Under the pieces are notes generated by a model. It had not been told where the DNA came from. It worked only from the letters and a program-made list of their open reading frames with translations, and searched no databases. Positions 47,550 through 60,051 of a stretch of 64,000 nt of DNA are shown here, in pieces; the stretch's first letter is position 1; each line of letters opens with the position of its first letter. Where the stretch lies: assembly GCA_951406725.2 (NCBI GenBank), contig OX597824.1, positions 50,902,001-50,966,000 of the forward strand. Direction: 5' to 3'. Made by a program: the position numbers and the translations under genes. The stretch is from Octopus vulgaris (taxonomy: Eukaryota).

Positions 47550-47765
47550 ATTGGTTTCAAATTTTGGCACAAGGCTAACAAATTTGCGGGAGGGGATAAG
47601 TCGATTACATCAACTCCAGTGTTCAACTGGTATTAATTTAATCTGCCTCGAAGAGATGAAAGACAAAGTCGACCGCAGTGGCATTTGAACTCAGAACGTG
47701 AAAACGGACGAAATGCTGCTAAGCATTTTTCTCTGTGTGCTAACGATTCTGCCAGCTTCGTGCCT
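47550..47765 (-). mobile_element. SINE family B copy
   Basis: Matches 36600-36800 and 48712-48920. Confidence 0.8.
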
Positions 47766-48711
47766 CACTCGAGGCATTACCAATGGAAGTTGCAATAAAA
47801 TGCCGTTACTGTTGCAGGAATACCAGCAATGATCTTACAACTTCAGTGTATCTGCCGTAGCAGTAACTTGTATAGTAGCCACATCGTCAAGCATACTAAG
47901 AAGCCTTTACTTGTTTTGCTTGAGATAACAGTCAAGTATTGTCAAATCACAATTCAGCGTCTGAAAAAAAGAAAAGACACACACTAGTCAATGAAGCAAA
48001 ACAAAGGCGATGGCCATGTTTGGAAGATATTTTATCATAAATCTGTTCAACGAGAGTTGATCTGGTGCTATATTGCAACTGCAACAATAACGATAATAAC
48101 AATAGCAACAACAACAATATCGACAACAGTAACAACAACAGCAATTACAAGTGCAATGAGGCTAGTTATTTGTTATAATTACCGAAAGTGTAGTAACAGA
48201 AGCAATAATAGATGCAAATGGAGTTTAACACTTTAACCACGATTTTTCTTTCTCACTTCAAATGTGTTACAGTGTGTGTGTTTTAATTGTTAGAATGACA
48301 CATAATGTAGAAGAGAGAAATAAGTCAGTAAGTATTGATATCTTGCAATATTGATATCAACCATTAGCTTTACAGCACAGTGTGTCAACAAAGACGCCAG
48401 AATATAGTGTGTCGACTTGATGAAAGGCGGGGTAGTTGTGTAGCAGAAGTGCTTTAATGAATGGACATCAGCAGTCTGAGTGGTTGACACAAGATTTCCG
48501 AATGAGTCAACACACGCAACAATCAGATCTACAAAAGTGAATTACCTGCAAGAACAATAAATGAAAATTTTCTCGAGTCAGTGGTTGGAAGAGACGATGG
48601 TCTGAATGGTTACAGGTGTTGTTTTAAATTAAGAAGAGAGTATAAAGAAAAAAAAACATTGATAAGAAACATTAAGAGGACACTAGTGCCACGTAGATCA
48701 CGGTATACATA

Positions 48712-48920
48712 TTAGTTTCAATTTTCGGAACAAGGTTACCAATGTCTGGAGAGGGTTCAGGTCGAAGACATCGACTCCAATGCTCAACTGGTACTTATTT
48801 TATCGACCTTCGGAAGGATGAATGTCAAAGTCGGCCTAAGCGGAATTTGAACTCAGAGCGTAAACCCGGACAAAATGCCGCTAAGCATTTTTGCCGGGTG
48901 TGCTAGCGACTCTGCCAGCC
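48712..48920 (-). mobile_element. SINE family B copy
   Basis: tgctcaactggtacttattttatcgacc...ggaatttgaactcagagcg...tgctagcgactctgccagcc. Confidence 0.8.
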
Positions 48921-49548
48921 TTAGATCAGGTTATACATATTATATGCTTTCTATCTTCAATGTTTGGTAGTTCAACTTTGCCGGGTGAGTGGGTTAGTTT
49001 TCTTTTGATATTATCATACATTTATCGTATAACACACTTTCTGAACTCATACAACCACGTTGCATAATAATTCGTATGGCAAAAAGTATTATGATATCTC
49101 GCTCGAATTTTGGCATTTCATGGTATTTTATCTATTAATTTCTGAACGGAAATAAGAAATTGTTTGAATTATAATTCTTTTATAATTATAATTCGGAAAT
49201 CATGATATTAATGACTGCACAGTTGAAAAACATATGTAAAAGTTATCGATAGAAGACAACGTAAGAATTTTAAGGGCGAAAAGATTAGGATGCTCTGATA
49301 TATCGTATATTGATTTTTTATCTTATATTTCACTTGTTCAGATACTGAACTGTGCGAATGAGTGGCACGCCTTGAAAGGTTTTAGCTGAACAAATCCAAC
49401 CTAGTACTTATTTTAAGGCCTGGTACTTATTTTATTGGTGGTATCTTTTCCCAAACCGCAAAGTTACAGGGAAGTAAACAGACCCACACCGGTCTTCAAG
49501 CAGTGTCGATGGGGATAAACACAAACACACGCACGCACACACACACAA

Positions 49549-49581
<33 letters not shown>

Positions 49582-51188
49582 CATATATGTCTATATAAAT
49601 AATGCAAAAAATATAAATATAAGATAAAAGAAGGAAAATGCACACACTTTACATAGTTTTAATATATTTCATACTGTGTTTGTCGACCAGTGTCTCTTTC
49701 GCTAATCATGACATTGAAATTGGAATTTTGTATTTTAAGATTTTGTTCCAAGTCGTTTGTGGAGGGGTTTATGAATGAATGATTCGACAAGTAAAAAAAA
49801 TCTAAGGGGAGGTAATTGGTGATCGTTATTATTAGGACCAGGGGAGGTAATTGTTCATCTTTCGGGGAGGGGATAAATATATATACACAAAAATTTAAAA
49901 GCTGAAGTAGTGAGATGAAATATGTACAGTGATGGGTATGTGATCATGAATTAAAATATTTATGAGATCAAAGTTGGTTATGCGTTTATATTTAGACGTG
50001 TTCTGTAGTTTTCGATGAACAAATTTTCGTTATTTAAACGTTCTTGTACAGAAATTGTTCCCGTTCACTAGTAGATGGGGAAAACTGTTAAGTTTGGTTG
50101 GATATTACCTGCACGTTTTCTATGTGTTCATTCAAAGGAATCTGTCTGTATTGTGGGAACCGGATCTGTTCGTTATGTAGTGTGGTTCTCCGTCTCAGTG
50201 TCATACTTGTCTATCCTATATAATGATGTCCACAATCTGAGCAAGTTATAACATAAATTAGATTCTCGGAAGCACAAGTGAAGTTGGTTTTAATTTGAAC
50301 GTCTCTCCTTGTTTGAAAAGGAATTCCGAAACTTCCAGTACGTTGAGGCATGTTCCACAGTTTGGACGTCCACATTTTTAACCGTTGGTTTCGTGGTTGT
50401 GTAAAGCTTGTTAGAAGTCTTTTTAGCGATTTGTGTTGCGTTTTGCATTTGATGAATTTATGTTTTTAGAATGTTGTTCATTTTAGGATCTCTAGTGAGC
50501 ATAGGTAGATTTTGTACAATAGTGTTTTACGCCTAATTGTTTTTAGGGTTGTGAGTTGACTGAGTTGATATACACAGTAGTGTTTTTACGATGAGTTGTC
50601 ATGTTATGTATTGTCACCCTTAATGTTTTAATGTCTAATTTCTTAGCACACTTAATTCCATCGTCTAAAAGTGAGGGCGGATATTATCTTTCAGTTAGTG
50701 CTGTTCTGAGGTCTTGAAGATAAAGGTCCCGCGTATTTCTCTCAGACACTATTGTGTAAATCCTTTTTGCTGAATTAAAGGGGATATTTCTTTTGATGTG
50801 TTTCGGGTGGCATGAGCTAAACAGGAGATATTGCCTCAAGTCCGTTGGTTTATGATAAATGTCAGTTATAATTTGGTTGTTGACATTTTTTTAATCATAA
50901 TATCCAAGAAAGGGAGCTCTTCTTTGCTATATTCCATTGTGAATTGAATGTTAGGATTTATATTATTTAGTATAGATTTGAATTCCAAAAGTTTATCAAT
51001 GGTCTCCTTCCAAATGATAAGCAGTCATCCAAGTATCTTTTCCAGTTCTCTCTTAAATAATGGTGAGATGGATATCCACTTCATACATATTGTGAATTTA
51101 AAATAATTCATTATTTGGTTTGCAAGAACATCGCTGCGTTCGTTCCCATCATAATTCCGCACTTTTGACGATAGTAGGTGTCATCAAA

Positions 51189-51978
51189 TCTCTCTATATA
51201 TAAACGGCAGTTTGTCTGTCTGTGTGTCTGTCAGGTTGTACCCTCACCCTGACCACGGCTTTCAACCGATTCTGATGAAACTTGACACACACATAGCCCA
51301 ATGTCATAATTCAAAACTAACGCAGCGAAAATTTTGAAAAGTTCTCCCAGTTCTGAAAAAAAATCGATAAATTCGACATGGGTCGAGAATCTAAGCTTTT
51401 TATATGCAACACATTTTCTACAGACTGTCTAGGGGACGCAACTCGACCTTTTTAACTTTCGGAACACGTGGGGTAAGTATCCCAAAATGTATAAAAATGT
51501 ACAAAAACGGCAAAAAAGCGGGCAGCAATGTGAGTGACAACAACGAAAAAGTTAAAAGTGACCAAACTGAACAAACGAATGGATAAGGTTTTTTGGTGCA
51601 CACGACAAAAGTGGTTTATAATAAACCAAGAGTTTGCAAGTAGCATCCGAGGATCCTTAGGGTACGTCAAAATTTTAAGGTAAAACGTTTGGGGTGGTAG
51701 TTATAAAGAAAGTGTAAACAAAAAAAGTATTCGAATAACTTGCGGCTGCAGCAGCTATTAGCAGAAGTGGGGGTAAAGTCTCGAATGTAATTTCTTCCTG
51801 GTAGGAATTGGTTGGGTTGAATTATCGATAGCTGTTTGATAGTTATTTGGGAGTGAAGAGAAGACATTGCAACCTACACATGCGCCTTCGTTCCCTAGAG
51901 GGAAAGGACTAGATTAGGATTAGTCGTTGCCTACTAGGGGCTCTTAAATACCCGGGCAACGCCGGGCTATGATGCTAG
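51189..51978 (+). mobile_element. Complete non-autonomous Helitron inserted in the PLE RT
   Basis: 5' A|TC; 3' hairpin CCCGG-gcaacg-CCGGG then CTAG|T; no TSD. Removing it restores NNYFLFDDTYY. Confidence 0.92.
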
Positions 51979-52702
51979 TAGGAAATAATTGTTCTGAAGT
52001 ATAAATTTTAAAGATTCAACAATAAAGACCTGGTTTATGCGTTCCGGAGGCACTTCGGGATACTTTTCCAATCAGAATTTTATTGCTTCTATTCCATAGT
52101 CATGTGGGATGTTGGTGTAAAGATTGATAACATCGAAGAAAACCAATAATGCCTCTTCATTAATTGTTTTTGGTAGGTGCTGTAGCATGTCTAAATCGTC
52201 TCTAATGAAACTTTTGATCTATTTCAGCAAGGGTTTCAGTAGGATATCTAGAAAATAGGTGAGGTGGTGGGTTTCATAGGCTATAATAGGCCTTAACTTT
52301 AAGTCTTCTGGCGCTTAAATATTTATGTATTTGCCCGGTGATTGTTTGCAGGCTTCATAACTACCTTGCTCTTGTGTATTTTAGGTAGGCACTAAAAAGG
52401 ACTTTGATCTCAGTATATATTTTGATTCATGATCACATACCCACTACTGTACATATTTCATCTTACTATTTTAGCTTTTGAGTTTTTGTGTATATTTATT
52501 TATCTCCTCCCCGAAACATGAACAATTATATTTCCCTGTCTCAAATAATAACGTTTACCAATTATCTCCCATGTCTCCAATAATAACGATCACCGATTTT
52601 CTCCCCTTTGATTTTCTACTTCTTGAATCAATTCTTCATAAATTCCACACACAACATAGACTAAAATCTTCTTAACAAAATACGAAATTACAATAATTAC
52701 AA

Positions 52703-52735
52703 TGTCATGATTAGCGAAAGCGAAACTGGTCGACA
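52703..52735 (+). ncRNA. Minimal hammerhead ribozyme, A3-U8 variant (PLE inverted terminal repeat)
   Basis: TGTC ATGATTA GC-GAAA-GC GAAA CTGG TC GACA; a decayed sister copy is at 49681-49713 (-). Confidence 0.65.
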
Positions 52736-52809
52736 AACACAAAATGAAATATATTAAAAAGTACATATTAAAACTATGTAAATTGTGTGAATTTTGCTTT
52801 TTATTATAT

Positions 52810-52914
<105 letters not shown>

Positions 52915-52922
52915 TATATGTA

Positions 52923-53004
<82 letters not shown>

Positions 53005-53011
<7 letters not shown>

Positions 53012-54366
53012 TGCCCCCTCGTTATCGAGTATGGTCATTGCACGAAGCTTAACTGTTATCGGTGCAGTGATCGAATGTGACTTTTACGAGGGGCGTTCAA
53101 TAAGTAATGCCCCTGACCCACTTCCCATAGCAGTAGAGCAACGAAACTTGGTGGCACAGTTATTATTCTTTTTCTACATAGGAACCACCCAGAGTTACGC
53201 ATTTCTCCCATTGCTTGATGCAGCTCTGGAGACCGTTTTTGTAGAAGATCCCAGCTTGGTCCTCCAACCTGAACGTGACTTCAGAAATCAAGGCTGCATC
53301 ATCTGGGAAACGCTTTCCTTTCAAAAACAACTTCATGACTGGGAAGAGGTGAAAATCAGAGGGTGCAAGGTCAGGAAAGTAGGGGGATGGGGGAGGTGTT
53401 CATAGCCATACGCCTGTGCTTCTGATCTGGCGACAAGCGAGTTGTGGACCGGAGCGTTGTCCAGCAGGAGGAGGATGCCTTTGCTGATCTTGCCCCACAT
53501 CTTTTACAAGGTCATATGATGGGGCATCATCACCATAAGTTACTTTCATTTCATCAAAAGTCTCCCGTGGTGTGCGTCCTTTCAAATACAAAAACCGGAT
53601 CACTGCTCGACACTCAACAGGCTCCATTTCACACTTGACTCGGTTCAAACACCTGTAAATCAGAAACCACAATAAATTCAGAGCTGTAATTTGCCACTTA
53701 CTCTATAGAGATATAAATGATTGCACATTTCAAAATTTCAGCTAGATCAAACAACTGCAAGTGGGTCAGAGGCATTACTTATTGAACGTCCCTCGTATTT
53801 GCTTTTTAAGGCTACAGCCAGTCATTCAGTTGAGACTCAAGGTACTATCAACAATCATGAACAATGTTGTTATCGTGCAATGCCTGTGCAAGAAGATTCT
53901 TTTTAAAATGAGGAAAGGCTGTGCACTGAGTCGATCCCACTCACTAAACTACAACAGCCATAATCCGTAAAGAAGAACAAGTCAACATCATCGGTAACCA
54001 CCGAGCTGCAGGTTTTATTTTGGAGTCATCCCAGTTACCTGAGTTACCTTCTCCTAGAAGGATGCCCTAACAAAGGCTAGGAGTTCTTCACTCTCAATGG
54101 TTTAACCGCGCGATCGGGTATTCAGTCCGATTATTTCTATGTCCCTGCGCATAATACAGCCTTAAGACATTTATTGGATGGCCGTTGACTCTCAAGTGTT
54201 CCTCCACCCTCTGACGGGTTTTGTTTTTCATCCCGCAGGGTGTCCAATAAACACCCTCCTCACCAAGCAAGTTTGGTGGGATTGCCGGTTTATTTGCCGA
54301 CGACCCGACCATGCAACAAGTTGTACTGGTTTACATGCTACCAGTAGCACTCGAAAGTGACCTGAC

Positions 54367-54367
<1 letters not shown>
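53005..54367 (-). mobile_element. RTE-like non-autonomous retroelement interrupted by a mariner
   Basis: Minus-strand ttgttagggcatccttctaggagaaggtaactc resembles RTE 5' UTR motifs; the 3' end ctcgataacgagggggcagccatc abuts (TA)n; multi-hairpin 5' end. Family assignment is from recalled motif similarity only. Confidence 0.45.
53087..53795 (-). mobile_element. Internally deleted mariner with both TIRs and TA target duplication
   Basis: TA|cgaggggcgttcaataagtaatgcccctgacccac ... gtgggtcagaggcattacttattgaacgtccctcg|TA. N-terminal MEPVECRAVIRFLYLKG is fused to LLLDNAPVH...[11 protein letters not shown]. Confidence 0.95.
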
Positions 54368-54407
<40 letters not shown>

Positions 54408-54457
54408 CATTACAACTCACCACGTGGGGATAATCGAAATTCCACCCTTTGTGTTAC

Positions 54458-54492
<35 letters not shown>

Positions 54493-54760
54493 TATATATA
54501 TATATATATAAGTGTGTGTGTGTGTGTGTGTGTGTTTGTGTGTCTATATAATACTAATAGTAGGGAATACAATTCCAAAACTTACAATTTAACAATTTTA
54601 AATCAAATTTCACAATATATAATATATGTAAGTTAGAGAAAAACCACTATTAATTAATTTCAATAAAGAAAGATGTTATTCACACCATATAGAAAACATA
54701 TACTATAAAAAACCTTATTTTAAATCAATAAAGTACAATAAATAGTAAATAGTAGTAAAA

Positions 54761-54880
54761 AGACTACGCAAGTTTCATGGCTACATTTTCAAACAGATAA
54801 TAATGATAAAATCAATTCGATTCAAAAATAAATTGAACTAAAATTAATTCTATTTAAAAATATAGTCATTCATCAGGTTT
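54761..54880 (-). ncRNA. Hammerhead ribozyme with canonical core and very long stem II
   Basis: Reverse complement: AAAC CTGATGA ATGACTATATTTTTAAATAGA...TCTGTTTGAAAATGTAGCCAT GAAA CTTGCG TA GTCT. Confidence 0.65.
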
Positions 54881-55151
54881 AAGATAATTAATAATAGTAA
54901 ATAATAAGAGAATAAATGTACTTATCGTAACTTATACTAATTATCAAATAAATATTAAAACTAATATTTTAAGAAAAGAGTTAACAAAAATCCTTCGTAA
55001 AGATAAGTTATATTTTCATTTTAAGAAAGATTGCTGAATGCTTTTCGATTATTTATAGTTAATACACGTATTTTTATATATTTATTTGATAAGCAGTATA
55101 AGTTAAGATAAGTACATTTATTCTATTATTTTTATTATTATTTATTATCTT

Positions 55152-55271
55152 AAACCTGATGAGTGACTATATTTTTAAATAGAATTAATTTTAGTTCAAT
55201 TTAATTTTGAATCGAATTGATTTTATTATTATTATCTATTTGAAAATGTAGCCATGAAACGTGCATAGTCT
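55152..55271 (+). ncRNA. Hammerhead ribozyme, sister copy with long stem II
   Basis: AAAC CTGATGA GTGACTATATTTT...AAAATGTAGCCAT GAAA CGTGCA TA GTCT. Confidence 0.6.
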
Positions 55272-55502
55272 TTTTACTACTATTTACTATTTATTGTTCT
55301 TTATTGATTTAAAATGAGGTTTTTTTTATAGTATATGTTTTCTATACGGTGTGAATAACATGTTTCATTATTGAATTACTTAATAGTGTTTTTTCTTTAA
55401 ATTATGTACATACATATATATCATTCAAAATGTGACCGCGTGTGTACCGTTGGCGATTTTTTTCCCTCTGTCTTCCCTTCTCTGGATCTTTCCTTTCCCT
55501 AT

Positions 55503-55537
55503 GTTTCCGACGAAGAGCTCCGCTCGAAACGTTAAAC
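55503..55537 (+). ncRNA. Minimal hammerhead-like motif (CCGACGA core) in a ~210 bp repeat (55425-55640)
   Basis: GTTT CCGACGA A GAGC-TCC-GCTC GAAA CG TT AAAC; downstream cctgagcgt is shared with the 19523 family. Confidence 0.55.
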
Positions 55538-55651
55538 CCTCCTTCTTTCCTTCTTTCCTGAGCGTCCAATAATACTATATTTGTTCCACGTCCTCGCGTT
55601 GTTGTGTTTTTTGTGCTTTCTTGTTTGGATTAACTTTATGTAAGTATATAT

Positions 55652-55714
<63 letters not shown>

Positions 55715-56149
55715 TACTCACGCACACACATACACATACACACACACATATATATATATATATGTGACGGGCTTCCACACAGTTTCCATTCACCAAACTT
55801 ACAAGGCTTTGGTTAGCCCCGGCTGTATTAGAAGGCACTTTCCCAACGTGAGAGACTTATTCCGAAATCACGTGGTTTCAAACCGAACTTCTTAACCAAA
55901 CAGCAATTTCGGTGAGGCGCGGTTGTTGATTATATCAACCTCAATACTCAACTGGTACTTATTTTCTCGAATTCGAAATCTCGAAAGGTAATGTCGACCG
56001 CAGCATCATTTGAACATGGAACGTAAAGTCAGAAGAGATGTCGCTTAGCAATTTGTCCGGCGCGGTAATGATTTTGTCAGCTATTTATCTTCTGCGCTTA
56101 TATTACTAAGAAGATGCTATTACCGTTGCATCAAGGAAAGTGTACTTTT

Positions 56150-56598
56150 AATTTTATTCGTTGCTCCCCAACCACATGGCTTCGAGTTCAGTTCCAACTG
56201 CGTGACACCTTCAGCAAGTGTCTTCCGTCATAGTCTCGGGCCGACCAATGCCACATGAGTAGATTTGGTAAACGGAAACTGAAAGAAGCCTGTTATCTAT
56301 GTGTGTATGTCTGTGTTTGTGTGTGCGTGTGCGTGTGTGTGAGTGTGTGTTTGTGAATGCGTGTGTATGTCTTTGTTTCTGTGTTTATTCCCACTACAGC
56401 TTGACACGTGTTGATGTGTTAATATCCCCTTTTGGTGTGTTTATGTCCTCTTAAGGTAGCGGTTCGGCAAAGGAGAGTGATAGAATAAGTACTAGGCTTA
56501 CAAAGAGTAAGTCCTGGGATTGATTTATTCGAATGAAAATTCCTCAAAGCGGTCCCCCAGGATGGTCGCAGTCTAATAACCGAAACAAGTAAAAGATA
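56150..56598 (+). mobile_element. SINE family A, full length
   Basis: Head, (TG)n, then tail ending gaaacaagtaaaagataaa. Confidence 0.8.
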
Positions 56599-57595
56599 AA
56601 TTGTAACGCTGATTTTCTTACCCTAATCCACAGTTCGTATATTCTATTGGAAATAGCTTGATGTAAATTCCTAGAGAGCAGTCAGCGGCCAAAGTTCGAA
56701 TCCTGGTGTTAGTTATTTCATTTCACTTATGTTTCAAGTGAGCTTCAGACAGGCTTGAATATCAAACAAATATTTCACTCTCACTATAAATACATGACCT
56801 TACGCTGTAACGAAAGAAGTAAGCATTATTGTTACAATTCTCAAACTGTCCAAATTAAATGATGTGGTCAATTTTACGACGTTGGACCATTTACGACTTG
56901 GCATTTCTTACCAAGCAAACAAATTTTATACTTTCAGACAAATAATATCTTTCTTTTAAAAGGACAACTTATGATATTTCTACTTTTATGGCCCCATTAA
57001 TCTAATAAAGTTAGACATTTTATGATGCGAGATGTTTAATGATATTAATTAATTCATTTACGAGTCTACTCTGGAGAAGTAGAAGTTATAGACCTGAAAA
57101 TTAAGCTGCATTGTTTGGGCTTCTGTTATGGTGCTGAGTTGACATGTAGAGACGGAAATGATGACAGGAATATAACGAAGGTCTCGCTAAATAAAGACAC
57201 TGACAAGAGCAGATGATGATGAAGATGGAGACGACGACCACGACAACAACAACAATGATGATGATGATGTTGATGATGATGATGATGATGGCGCCGACGA
57301 CCACGATGATGATAATGGTGACGATAATGATGACGACGACGAATACAATTTCAATGTAGATGATGACGATGATGATGATGATGATGGTGGTGGTGGTAGT
57401 GCTACGTCAGGGTTGCGTTGAATATTTTGTAGCTTATTCAGAATCTTGTCGACTCGGCCATTCCAAGAGCTTCTCTGATTTTAAATCAAACGAGTAAAGT
57501 TAGTTTTTATAGGATATGAGAACTTACCTGCGAATTCTCAGCTAATTGAATCTCTGCTGATATTGGAACTTTTCTAAGGAATGTATACCTTAAGC

Positions 57596-57885
57596 CAGTG
57601 CTTCTCAAACTATCTGATGTGGCGTATCAGCAGTTTTTTTTTCCAATGTGCTAGAGACCGGTAATATTTCTTAGTAATTTTGATTTATACCGGAAACAAT
57701 ATATATAATGAATATAATAAAAGTTGACATTTTTTTAATCGTATATTTATTTTGTAAACCAGTAATAGAATATTACATAAACATTTTATAAATCTTTCTC
57801 TCTTTTCTGGAAACTCGCCGCGTACCGGCAGCTGATGGCTCTCTGACCGGCACCGATCCGCGGACCATCAAGTTGAGTAGCACTG
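57596..57885. mobile_element. hAT (Charlie-like) MITE
   Basis: TIRs CAGTGCTTCTCAA and TTGAGTAGCACTG; 8-bp TSD-like flanks ccttaagc and ccttgaac. Confidence 0.8.
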
Positions 57886-58156
57886 CCTTGAACAATGAAC
57901 AGTAAAAGAAATAATTAGTCTTATTATCTGCGATGGTTTAAGGCACTGAGACATATTTTTCAAACATAGGGGAGTGTGTTCAAATATTACACGAAAAATT
58001 ATGAAGAGTTATTGTTCTTATGTGAGATTTTTCAGTGACTTTATGGTTAAGTGTTCAAGAAGATTTGACAATTTGAGAAGACAATATTTCCAACAACGTT
58101 TTTAATAACGTTGTTGTTGTTGAGAGAAAAATGCAGAGAGAGAGAAAGAGAGAGAT

Positions 58157-58195
<39 letters not shown>

Positions 58196-58274
58196 ATTGA
58201 AATTTGTTTCAAGTAAAATAAAAGGTTGTTGTTGAGAAAGAAATACAATGACAGAGGTAGAGAGAGAGAGAGAA

Positions 58275-58308
<34 letters not shown>

Positions 58309-59410
58309 TGTGTGTGTGTATGTCTGTGTGCGTGTGTATGTGTGTGTATGTGTGAAAGATAAGATAGATAGGAAGGCTGTTGTCACTAGAGTAACTAACG
58401 AGACTTTAACGATATAACAGTCTACTATTAAAAGAAGGTATGTGCATGATTAGCAGATATTTTTACAGGCAGTAAAAACCTAGTAAATATAACCAACAAT
58501 TCCGACACGTATTTCTGTAATTAGATATGCGTGAAACAAAGGGCGGTTAAGAAGTAGAGAGAAAATAGTGAGATGCTTTACAAACCTGACCAAATAGCTT
58601 ACATAACTTCCGAACGTAAATACTAATATCTATATAGAAAGCTGTAATGCAGGGATTCTATAAGCTTACTAGAGGAATCCCTTTCTGTATTGCCTATCAA
58701 AACTGCCGCCAAACGCGATAGCTGCAAAATGTGTCAGCGTCTGCGTCGATTAAGATCAAAGATGTTTTGTTGTTAGTTATGCTCAACATTACCAAATATG
58801 ATGATGTTAGTTGAAAGCCGATTCAACTTTAAACCGAGATGCTGTAAGTTCAAATCTGGGAAGTTGTCTTTTATAATGTCTTACATAGCACGGTCTTACG
58901 ATGTGATCAGTTTTCATTATGTCTCTTGATCATTCTCTCCGAAATGAAAGCAATCATCATGGTCATTACCGTGGGGCACGGTTGAGTGCACCATTTGTTC
59001 AGGAGGATGAGACCCACTGCCACCTTCTCCTCCATCTTCTGCTGCTTTACGTATCTCTTTTTTCCTTCTTCTCCCTCTTTTTCCCTGTTTTTATTTGTGT
59101 TTTAAATTTTAATAAAATATATAAATTCCTTAAAACAAAATAAAAAAACTTAACACGACATTCCAATTATGTATATTGTCGAATGACTAATAGCTCACAT
59201 CGCATATCTAGTATTGTTTAGTGTTTATAGACAACACACACACACACACATACACACACTATTTTTTTAATGGTTCAATTCACCAGTCTGTAAACAAATC
59301 TCAGAAACTGATGTATCATACTGTTACAAGGAAAGAAGGCACTATACAATTACAGTCTTTCATTTGAGTTCAACTGCTGGGATCACACCTTCCTATTTTT
59401 TTCATTTTAA

Positions 59411-59629
59411 CCTTTTAGCATTAACATTAATCTGTCAAAAGTAATGCTTATTTATTCACATTGTTTTAAATTAATCCTGCATTATTTTGTAGCTTTGAGA
59501 TCCCGAAGATGTTACTGTCAATTTTTAGAATGATACTGTAGGGTTGATGTGAAAGGCCAGATTTAACCAGTTTATGCATAAAACAGGTAAAATATTTTGG
59601 TTGGATATGACCAGATTAAATGCAAAAGG
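59411..59629. mobile_element. piggyBac-like MITE
   Basis: TTAA|ccttttagcatt ... aatgcaaaagg|ttcaa; degenerate TIR and TTAA site. Confidence 0.5.
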
Positions 59630-60020
59630 TTCAAGGAAGGAGGGATACCTATGTCCATGTCACTTACAAGACGTCCAATAGTGGTGGGGACGGGGGGGGG
59701 AGACATTCTCAAAACGGAAACATGGTCCGAATGCTTGCAGCAGAGTGGACTCTGTTAAAGACAAAATAAATTCTGCAAGGCCACCAATCCGACGTTCTTA
59801 AAATGCCGCTAATCCTTGTACTTGTACTTTATTTATCGACTCTGCCATTTCTCTGCGGTGGTTATAGCTTCGAGATGAAGCAGTTGCGATAAATAAAGAA
59901 AATCCAGCAATGGAAAGATCTGATTGAGTTAAGTAATCGATTATGCATGATACAAAGAATTCTTGGTTAATCGCTTGCATGTATGTACGTATATATGTAA
60001 TTATGTACCTATGTATATAC

Positions 60021-60051
<31 letters not shown>

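Larger units (their letters stand above)
49633..52800 (-). mobile_element. Penelope-like retroelement (Neptune-like), decayed, with inverted terminal repeats
   Basis: Minus strand gives LPKIHK, LRPII, FFDVINLYTNIPH, LQNNYFLFDDTYYRQKCGIMMGT, WKRYLDD, a Cys linker CGRPNCGTC, and GIY-YIG NLIYVITCSDCGHHYIG*T..LRRR..LH. Segment 49633-49960 recurs inverted at 52415-52800. Confidence 0.92.
54628..55403. repeat. Inverted repeat (~330 bp arms, ~110 bp spacer), each arm carrying an HHR
   Basis: 54628-54960 versus 55071-55403 are reverse-complementary with scattered mismatches. Confidence 0.9.
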
